Assembly (NCBI GenBank): GCA_964448705.1
Contig: CAYUZS010000001.1
Coordinates: 114,687 to 178,686, forward strand
Reading direction: 5' to 3'
From: an uncultured Gammaproteobacteria bacterium
GTDB taxonomy: Bacteria > Patescibacteriota > Microgenomatia > UBA12405
Length of the DNA stretch: 64,000 nucleotides
In this document: piece after piece, positions 28,863 to 35,519 of the stretch
Layout: every line of letters starts with the position of its first letter
Numbering within the stretch: position 1 is the stretch's first letter
Position numbers and translations under genes: made by a program
The notes under the pieces: generated by a model
Databases searched by the model: none
Told to the model about the DNA's origin: nothing
The model's input: the letters and a program-made list of their open reading frames with translations, nothing else

Positions 28863-28888
28863 CAAGGTTGTCAAACTATTACTATACT
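28859..28888 (+). promoter_or_regulatory. sodA promoter: -35 TTGACA inside 16-bp palindrome TTGACAAggTTGTCAA, 17-nt spacer, -10 TATACT; near-leaderless
   Basis: TTGACA at 28859-28864 and TATACT at 28883-28888. The ATG is at 28898, about 9 nt after the -10. Confidence 0.45.
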
Positions 28889-28897
28889 TGTAGTAGA

Positions 28898-29461
28898 ATG
28901 AATAAATTAATCCAAAAACCTTTACCGTATTCCTATGAAGCTCTGGAGCCGGTAATCAGCCGAAAAATTATGGAGCTTCACTATAGTAAACATCATGCTG
29001 CTTATGTAGCTGCGGCGAATGCAGCTTTGGAAAAACCGGAAAAAAATCGTGAAGTGATGCGTGATTTTAGTTTTAATGCCAACGGGGCGATGATGCATGA
29101 AATATTTTGGGAGAACATGAGAGCATCAAAAGAGGAAAATCTTCCCGGCGAAAATTTAAGCCGAATATTAACTGAAAACTTCGGCAGTGTTGAAAACTTC
29201 AAATCACAATTTTCAACCGCAGCGGTTGGGGTAGAAGGATCCGGATGGGCAGTATTATGGAAAACACCATTAGGACTAACTGTGGGACAGCTGGAAAAAC
29301 ATAATTTACTAGCGATAAACGGAGCAACGCCAATACTGGTGTTGGATGTCTGGGAGCATTCCTATTATCTTGACTACTTAAACGACCGTAAAAGCTACGT
29401 GGAAAAATGGTGGCAGGTGGTTAATTGGGAAGATGTTGAGAAACGATTGAATCAAGGATAG
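28898..29461 (+). CDS. sodA: Fe/Mn superoxide dismutase
   Basis: ..ELHYSKHHAAYV.. and DVWEHSYYLDY.. (metal ligands H, H, D, H). The track ORF begins at 28775, but the SOD N-terminus aligns with MNKLIQKPLPYSYEALEP at 28898. Confidence 0.9.
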   Translation: MNKLIQKPLPYSYEALEPVISRKIMELHYSKHHAAYVAAANAALEKPEKNREVMRDFSFNANGAMMHEIFWENMRASKEENLPGENLSRILTENFGSVENFKSQFSTAAVGVEGSGWAVLWKTPLGLTVGQLEKHNLLAINGATPILVLDVWEHSYYLDYLNDRKSYVEKWWQVVNWEDVEKRLNQG

Positions 29462-29951
29462 TGTTTATTTCTTCTACAGTAGACGAAGAGGGATCATAAG
29501 AACCTGTCAGCGTATAGACTGTCTGGTTGCGAAGATAGACTCTTTGAATAACGGAAACTGGTTTGTTACTGTTGCGATAGCTACCGGAAAGTAAGCGAAG
29601 ATTATCCTGAAGACTGTCCTGAGAATACTTTAATGAAGGTAAAGTTGATTTGGCACCGGCGATCAAAGAATTAGTATATTTTTCAAAAGTAGTGTCGGCA
29701 GGCAATTCGGATTTGGCCATCACAATTTGGGGTTTCAAACCGGAATCGACTGTTTTCTCGTACTTCAAAACAACATCGGCGGTATTGTCCACTTTTTGCC
29801 AATTGTTAGGAAGATTCTCTGCCACTTGAGTCGGTGTCGGGGTTAAAGAATCGGAAATTTTAAAAACTCCCGGCTTTTTGACAATTAAGACGACGATCAG
29901 AATAAATAAAACGATGAGAGCGGGAACAACCAGTTTTTTATTGAGTTTCAT
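29421..29951 (-). CDS. N-terminally anchored extracytoplasmic protein (hypothetical), downstream of sortase gene
   Basis: One N-terminal TM segment (LVVPALIVLFILIVVLIV) then a roughly 150-aa domain. 4-nt gap after the sortase gene. Its 3' end overlaps the convergent sodA by 41 nt. Confidence 0.4.
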   Translation of the reverse strand: MKLNKKLVVPALIVLFILIVVLIVKKPGVFKISDSLTPTPTQVAENLPNNWQKVDNTADVVLKYEKTVDSGLKPQIVMAKSELPADTTFEKYTNSLIAGAKSTLPSLKYSQDSLQDNLRLLSGSYRNSNKPVSVIQRVYLRNQTVYTLTGSYDPSSSTVEEINTILDSIVSQHLPN

Positions 29952-29973
29952 TTTGGTATTAGTTTTCATATTT

Positions 29974-31461
29974 TTAATTTAATGGAACAGCTTTAACCAG
30001 AATACGATGATCAGGCTGAGTGTAGCTGCAGGTCATTAAAATAATTTCACCGGGAGTAGAAGCGGTGACAGCCGAGACATCGTCTTGAGAAACAAAATCG
30101 ATCTTGGTGACCACATATTCGGTTAACAAACCATGACGATCAACAATTATTTTTTCACCGGAGTGAAGTTTAAAAAGAGAACCGAAAACATCACCAGCGT
30201 TATGACCGTAATATAACTGAACACCATTTAAGTTTGTAGATAAAACTTCATGACTGCCGACAGTTAATTCGTCGCCAACTTTTTGCGGCAAATAAACCGG
30301 CTGATTAAGATTGATAGCGGGAATCGAAATGGTATGGTCGGCATCGAGGACATTTCCTGAAGGAAGTTTTTCCGAAGTATAGGACACTTCTGCAGTGTTA
30401 ACCAAAGAGGTAGAAGTACCTAAAACCTGACCGCCATAAGATTCTTTAATGCCTGAAACTAAAGGATTGTAATTAGTCGAGGCACCCAGAACCTGAAGCG
30501 ATCCGGCACCCTGGTTACTACAGACGACATTTGAAGGGCTACCACCGCGGCAGCCGTTTTGAGCCTGAACATAAAAACAGTATTTGCCACCTGGATTGAG
30601 GGCGGATACCACATAAGTAGTAACATCACCAACATTGGGATCACCATAGAGATAATTGCCAATAGACGGACCGTAGGCTACTACATAATTAGTGTGTGTA
30701 CCTGGGGAATGATCCCAAGTTAACCTAACCTTGCCGCCACCGAGAGCAACGACACGAAGATTTCCGGGAACTCCAGGATCGGAATTGTTACAGACCGGTG
30801 CTGAATTTGAACCGGAACTTGAATTGTCACCTGAATTATTGTTGGAAGGCTCTGAGGTAGGAACCGGAGTTTCTTCCGATGGAGTGGGAGTATTTTCTGA
30901 TGGAGTCGGTGTTTCCTCCGGAGGAGTGACGGTTACAGAAGGAGTAACAACGACGGTAGTTGTAGGAACCGGTGAGGTGGTCGGTGTCGGTTTGATACAA
31001 CGACAGTCTTCATAAGAAACTTTATCATCATACTGATAGGTGGTTTTGGAACAGTTATTGCCAATTTTGGTATAACCTGAAGGACAACCTGAAGGAGAGG
31101 TGGTCTCATCACAAGAAGCTTTCCAGCCTTTATCTCTACGCCATTCCCAACAATTTGGTTCCACATTTTTGTCGTTGCGATGACAGCGCTGATTCCAATT
31201 TCCACTATTTTGATAATGGTAGTTAGTCGGACAGAGAGGATTGGCCTCAGTTGTTATTTCTTTTCGGCATTTATTTTCATCTCCGTATTCGTCAAAACCA
31301 CGGGGACATCTTTGTTCAGTATCACACTTCCAAACTTCACCAGGTTTACAACCAAAATGAGCCTCAGTGACAACCGGTCGGGAGGAAATATATCCAAATG
31401 CAAAAGTTATAAGTGTAATGAGGGGTATCAATATGATTGAAGAACGTGATAGTTTTTTCAT
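29974..31461 (-). CDS. sortase-domain protein with long N-terminal Cys-rich / PT-linker / FN3-like ectodomain
   Basis: The C-terminal 90 aa LYYGHNAGDVFGSLFKL...IILMTCSYTQPDHRILVKA carry the sortase catalytic triad (His, TLxTC Cys, Arg). Upstream are a domain with at least 20 Cys, TPTPSE repeats and a ..KYCFYVQAQNGC FN3-like module. The track ORF starts with TTG at 31497; the ATG at 31461 (MKKLSRSSIIL signal anchor) is preferred. Confidence 0.7.
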   Translation of the reverse strand: MKKLSRSSIILIPLITLITFAFGYISSRPVVTEAHFGCKPGEVWKCDTEQRCPRGFDEYGDENKCRKEITTEANPLCPTNYHYQNSGNWNQRCHRNDKNVEPNCWEWRRDKGWKASCDETTSPSGCPSGYTKIGNNCSKTTYQYDDKVSYEDCRCIKPTPTTSPVPTTTVVVTPSVTVTPPEETPTPSENTPTPSEETPVPTSEPSNNNSGDNSSSGSNSAPVCNNSDPGVPGNLRVVALGGGKVRLTWDHSPGTHTNYVVAYGPSIGNYLYGDPNVGDVTTYVVSALNPGGKYCFYVQAQNGCRGGSPSNVVCSNQGAGSLQVLGASTNYNPLVSGIKESYGGQVLGTSTSLVNTAEVSYTSEKLPSGNVLDADHTISIPAINLNQPVYLPQKVGDELTVGSHEVLSTNLNGVQLYYGHNAGDVFGSLFKLHSGEKIIVDRHGLLTEYVVTKIDFVSQDDVSAVTASTPGEIILMTCSYTQPDHRILVKAVPLN

Positions 31462-31464
31462 AAT

Positions 31465-31480
31465 GTAAGGTATTATACCA
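31465..31480 (-). promoter_or_regulatory. extended -10 promoter (TGgTATAAT) placed about 10 nt before the sortase ATG (leaderless/short leader)
   Basis: Minus-strand gatggtataatacc. The hexamer is the reverse complement of 31472-31477 and the TG lies 1 nt upstream. Confidence 0.4.
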
Positions 31481-31560
31481 TCATGTGTAAAAAACAATAC
31501 AGGCTTATAGTAATTTAAATAACAATAAATATATACGGATTTTTAGGTTATAATCAGCTT

Positions 31561-32310
31561 ATGAACAAAAATACGTCCTGGGAAAAGGTAGGTGAGTGGT
31601 ATAAAAAGACAGTCGGAGAAAAGGGAAGTTATTATCACCAAAATGTAATTCTGCCGAACATAATCCGGCTTTTGAATTTAAACAAAAATTCTAAACTCCT
31701 GGACCTGGGCTGCGGACAAGGAGTTTTGGCGAGAACTATTCCCCCGGAAACGGAGTATTTAGGGATAGATTTATCCACCAGTTTAATAGAAGAGGCCAGA
31801 AAACTGGATCATAATCCTAAACATGCTTATGCCGTGGCCGATATCAGCAAAGAACTGCCAATTAGATCTTCAGGATTTACCGAAGCGGCAATAATATTGG
31901 CTTTACAAAATATAAAACATCCGTTCGGGGTGTTTAAGAATTTAAGTAAACATCTGGTTAAAAACGGTAGAGCAGTGATCGTTTTAAATCATCCGAGTTT
32001 CCGGATTCCAAAACACAGTGATTGGTTGTTAAAAAATAACCAACAATACCGAATAATGGACAATTATATGAGTAAACTGGAAATCCCGATTGACTCCAGT
32101 CCTTTTGATAAAAAAGATAATCAAACTACGTGGTCCTTTCATTACCCTTTATCTGTTTACAGCGAAATGCTGGCAGATAACGGAATGGCCATTGAAAGAA
32201 TAGAAGAATGGGTATCGGACAAAAAATCGACTGGAGGAATGGCAAAAATAGAAGATCGAGCCAGAAAAGAATTCCCGATGTTTATGACAATAGTTGCTTT
32301 CCGAAAGTAA
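31561..32310 (+). CDS. class I SAM-dependent methyltransferase
   Basis: Motif I LLDLGCGQGVL and motif II/III spacing. 249 aa. Confidence 0.7.
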   Translation: MNKNTSWEKVGEWYKKTVGEKGSYYHQNVILPNIIRLLNLNKNSKLLDLGCGQGVLARTIPPETEYLGIDLSTSLIEEARKLDHNPKHAYAVADISKELPIRSSGFTEAAIILALQNIKHPFGVFKNLSKHLVKNGRAVIVLNHPSFRIPKHSDWLLKNNQQYRIMDNYMSKLEIPIDSSPFDKKDNQTTWSFHYPLSVYSEMLADNGMAIERIEEWVSDKKSTGGMAKIEDRARKEFPMFMTIVAFRK

Positions 32311-32899
32311 CACAAAGCTGATCCAAATCTACCAAACTAAAACCGGGCTGTTGAAGGGCTTCGGCGATGGTGGAATTAACAGCCGGGGGCTGACTGCAGC
32401 TGACATGTTTGGCAAAAACTTTAGGGTTTACCGTATTAATCAAAGATATAGGATCTAAGGCAACACTAAGAGAACCCTGGGGAGTAGATTTGGTTTTAGA
32501 ACCGATGGGAGTAGTCGGACTGGTTTGGCCGGTAGTTAGACTATAAAGATGATTGTTGGCCACAAGGACAGTGATATTTACATTTAATCTGGCAGCCGAT
32601 AAAAGGTGGTTTAAACCTTCTCCATAAATTCCCCCATCGCCGCCGACAGCAATGACAGTTAATTTGGGATTAGCTAACTTAACACCGATAGCAGTGGGAA
32701 TACAGCGACCGTGAAGGGAGTGAATACCATAAAGGGTAAAAAAATCAGCCATATTGCCAATACAGCCAATATCGTAAACCATAACGACATTTTCTTTCGG
32801 AAGATTAAGAGCGGTTATTGCCTGCTGAATGCCGGCAAAAATAATATAATCATGACAGCCGGGACACCAAGTTGGGGTTACGGTTGAACGAAGATTCAT
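32282..32899 (-). CDS. 2-oxoacid:ferredoxin oxidoreductase, beta (TPP-binding) subunit
   Basis: WCPGCHDYII, GCIGN and AVGGDGG TPP-binding motifs. 4-nt overlap with the alpha subunit. Confidence 0.85.
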   Translation of the reverse strand: MNLRSTVTPTWCPGCHDYIIFAGIQQAITALNLPKENVVMVYDIGCIGNMADFFTLYGIHSLHGRCIPTAIGVKLANPKLTVIAVGGDGGIYGEGLNHLLSAARLNVNITVLVANNHLYSLTTGQTSPTTPIGSKTKSTPQGSLSVALDPISLINTVNPKVFAKHVSCSQPPAVNSTIAEALQQPGFSLVDLDQLCVTFGKQLLS

Positions 32900-34509
32900 A
32901 GATTTTTTAAAGTTTTAACTATTTCCTCCGGAAAGAACGGACGTCCGTCATATTTGGAAACAATTTTGGTGGGATTAAAATCGAATTGAGACTTTAATAA
33001 AGTTACCAATTGATTAGTGGAATTATTCTCGATCACAATCACCTGTTGATACGGTTTAATTAAAAGCGACAAGTCCGGATTAATGGGCCATAGACTTTTT
33101 AACTGTAAAAAGGCAAAAGAATCATCGTTTGACATTCTTAAAGCTTCTAAAATCGGAGATTTAGTTGAACCCCAGGATACAATTAATTTAGTAGCTTTTG
33201 AAGAGCCAAAAAAAGTTGGTTTGGGGAGAGATTTTTTAATTGCCAATTGTTGTTTAAGCCGAAGTTCAACTGATTTTTTAATAGTATCGGCATCTTCAGT
33301 AGAAAAACCCTGTGAGTCGTGTTCGTAACTGTTGGCCAAATACTCTTTCCCTGGCATACCGGGAAGAGGAAGGTTTGAAGAAACTTTTTTTACTTTCTGA
33401 GCGGATAAAGAAGATAAAGAAGCGGCAGATTCGGCAATAAATTTGTCGCTGACCACAATAACCGGAACATGGAACTTGGCCGCTAAATTTAAAGCCTCGG
33501 AAGCTACTTCAAATGATTCCTGTTGATCTCCGGGTGCCAGAACAATTTTGTTAAATTCGCCATGACCGGAATGAATAGCAAAAAGCAAATCGCCCTGGCT
33601 GGTCCAAGTGGGGAGACCTGTGGCCGGACCGGGACGGGAAACTAAATAGAAAACGACTCCGAGATTTGCTACTCCGCAAAAACTGACTGTTTCAACCATC
33701 AGGGCAAAACCACCACCACTGGTTCCGGTGGCACTTCTGGCACCGGCAAAAGCAGCCCCGGCCACCAGAGAAGCAGCGGCAATTTCATCCTCCGGGTGAA
33801 CAACGGTCAAAGTTGATGACTGCCGGGGGGCTAAAAAATGAAGAACACCGCTGGCCGGAGTCATAGGATAGGCAGCATAAAAATTTCCACCACCTTTAAT
33901 AAATCCCCAGCCAAAGGCTTCATTGCCGTCATAAATTTCATATTTAGGAGATTCAGGTTGGCTGATAACAGTTGGCTTAGTATGTAAACGAAGATGAGGG
34001 AATCTTTTTTGTGAATATTGATAACCGAGATTAAAAGCTTCCAGATTGAAATTATCTTTGCCGTAAAATCGGCCAATTTCCGTCTGACAAACCTTAACAT
34101 CGAGATTAAGTAAATAAGCAGCGACACCAAGACAAATAGTGTTGGTAGAAATTGCCGAACCAATTTGAGCCGAGAGTTCTTTTAAAGGAAGAGTATCTTT
34201 GGCATCGTCGCCAAAAACTAAACTTTTAGTGGTGAACTCTGATTGATGATTCTGCCAATGACCGGAAACAAGGGAAAAGAACATATCCACCTGATAATGA
34301 GGAGCAAATATTTCTGATGAAGAAAAAGTTAACTGATAGGTGTTATGACCGCCGCGGACTAAAGAGGGATATTCCGAATAATCTTTTATATTGTAACCAT
34401 GTTTTAATAAAATATTTGACAACAACAAACCGCTGCTTTTGATTCCGGCTCCAGCCGGGCCGGCAATTTTCACAGTGTAAACAAAAGGAGACATTATTGA
34501 TTCTAACAT
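32896..34509 (-). CDS. 2-oxoacid:ferredoxin oxidoreductase, alpha subunit (fused gamma-alpha type)
   Basis: 537 aa. A gamma-like N-terminal domain is followed by the alpha pyrimidine-binding domain (GNEA..G, AAYPMTPAS, TSGGGFALM). Confidence 0.85.
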   Translation of the reverse strand: MLESIMSPFVYTVKIAGPAGAGIKSSGLLLSNILLKHGYNIKDYSEYPSLVRGGHNTYQLTFSSSEIFAPHYQVDMFFSLVSGHWQNHQSEFTTKSLVFGDDAKDTLPLKELSAQIGSAISTNTICLGVAAYLLNLDVKVCQTEIGRFYGKDNFNLEAFNLGYQYSQKRFPHLRLHTKPTVISQPESPKYEIYDGNEAFGWGFIKGGGNFYAAYPMTPASGVLHFLAPRQSSTLTVVHPEDEIAAASLVAGAAFAGARSATGTSGGGFALMVETVSFCGVANLGVVFYLVSRPGPATGLPTWTSQGDLLFAIHSGHGEFNKIVLAPGDQQESFEVASEALNLAAKFHVPVIVVSDKFIAESAASLSSLSAQKVKKVSSNLPLPGMPGKEYLANSYEHDSQGFSTEDADTIKKSVELRLKQQLAIKKSLPKPTFFGSSKATKLIVSWGSTKSPILEALRMSNDDSFAFLQLKSLWPINPDLSLLIKPYQQVIVIENNSTNQLVTLLKSQFDFNPTKIVSKYDGRPFFPEEIVKTLKNL

Positions 34510-34524
34510 CGATTATTAACCATA

Positions 34525-34553
34525 TTGACAAGAGAATTTTATAGGTGTTAACT
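34525..34553 (+). promoter_or_regulatory. sigma70-type promoter TTGACA-N17-TTAACT positioned for a leaderless arsR-family mRNA
   Basis: TTGACA at 34525-34530 and TTAACT at 34548-34553. The ATG at 34560 begins 7 nt after the -10. Confidence 0.45.
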
Positions 34554-34559
34554 AATCGA

Positions 34560-34820
34560 ATGTTTAGATCTCAATGTCAGAAATGTTTGGAGGTAGTTTC
34601 GGACCCCACAAGATATAAAATTTATTTGTACTTACAAGAACATAAAACAGGAGTAAATGTGAATTCCTTGGTAAAGCTAACAAATTTGCGTCAGCCGACA
34701 GTTACTTTTCATCTAAATTCAATGGAAGATCAGGAGTTAATATCAAAGACAAGATACGGCAAGACAGTGATCTGCAAAGTGAAGCAAAACTGCAGAAATT
34801 GTCCTTTATTTTCCAAGTAA
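34560..34820 (+). CDS. ArsR/SmtB-family winged-helix transcriptional regulator
   Basis: DPTRYKIYLYL...VNVNSLVKLTNLRQPTVTFHLNSMEDQELI is an ArsR HTH. C-terminal CKVKQNCRNCP cysteine cluster. The track start 34545 is a GTG; the ATG at 34560 is preferred. Confidence 0.7.
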   Translation: MFRSQCQKCLEVVSDPTRYKIYLYLQEHKTGVNVNSLVKLTNLRQPTVTFHLNSMEDQELISKTRYGKTVICKVKQNCRNCPLFSK

Positions 34821-34827
34821 TTTTTGT

Positions 34828-34855
34828 TTGACAGATTGGTGGGAGTTGTTACAAT
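34828..34855 (+). promoter_or_regulatory. strong sigma70-like promoter TTGACA-N16-TACAAT upstream of the secreted repeat-protein genes
   Basis: TTGACA at 34828-34833 and TACAAT at 34850-34855. This implies a roughly 130-nt 5' UTR containing AAGGAGGAG at 34918-34927 without an appropriately spaced start codon. Confidence 0.5.
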
Positions 34856-34989
34856 TTATTATATAGATATTTATCTATTTACTATCGACCATTATCTCTG
34901 ACGTTATAGGTTTTTATAAAGGAGGAGAAAAAAGAAAAAAAGTTGACTGAGTTTCCTGTATTTTTATTAGTTTTTATTTTTACGAAATT

Positions 34990-35457
34990 ATGAAATATCT
35001 ATCCTCACTTCTAACCGGCGGTGCACTGCTATTGGCAACAGTGGCTCCGTCTTTTGCTTTCTGGATGCCCCCGATGCCAACCAAACCCACCGGAGCGACA
35101 GTTAAGAACAATGCCGTCATTTATTCCTCGGCGAATTCAGGAGCAAATACCGGATTTAACGTTGTTAATGCCGGTTCGGGCTTTAACACGATATTGACCG
35201 GACAAGCCGGAGCTACATCCGCCTCACTGGTTAATGGAGTTAACTATGTTGATGTCGGCAGCGTTAAAACCGTTACCAACAATGCTGTTGTGAACAGCAC
35301 CTCCGGAGCTTTAAGCAACACCGGAAACAATGTGGTCAACAGTATCTCGATGCCAACAATGTGGTTTCATACCACACCTTCAGTAAACACTATTTCTACC
35401 GGAATAGCGGGTGCTGAAAGTTATTCGACGGTAACTAACGTCAATTCAACTCTTTAA
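34990..35457 (+). CDS. small secreted Asn/Ser/Gly-rich repeat protein
   Basis: Signal peptide MKYLSSLLTGGALLLATVAPSFA. Repeats of the type N.GFNVVNAGSG / SNTGNNVVNS echo the internal repeats of the downstream 804-aa protein. Confidence 0.5.
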   Translation: MKYLSSLLTGGALLLATVAPSFAFWMPPMPTKPTGATVKNNAVIYSSANSGANTGFNVVNAGSGFNTILTGQAGATSASLVNGVNYVDVGSVKTVTNNAVVNSTSGALSNTGNNVVNSISMPTMWFHTTPSVNTISTGIAGAESYSTVTNVNSTL

Positions 35458-35477
35458 AAAGCTGAAGTACACCTCAA

Positions 35478-35510
35478 CTCCTCTTCCGGATTTATCACCC
35501 GGAAGAGGAG
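35478..35510 (+). promoter_or_regulatory. perfect 12-bp inverted repeat hairpin whose 3' arm contains the Shine-Dalgarno of the downstream gene
   Basis: CTCCTCTTCCGG (35478-35489), a 9-nt loop, then CCGGAAGAGGAG (35499-35510). GGAG at 35507-35510 lies 9 nt before the ATG at 35520. Confidence 0.5.
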
Positions 35511-35519
35511 AAGACACTT

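Noticed and set aside
34918-34945. AAGGAGGAG as the ribosome-binding site of a leader peptide
   Set aside because: The nearest in-frame start (TTG at 34943) is 15 nt away and gives only a 17-aa low-complexity peptide. It is kept only as a note within the 5' UTR finding.
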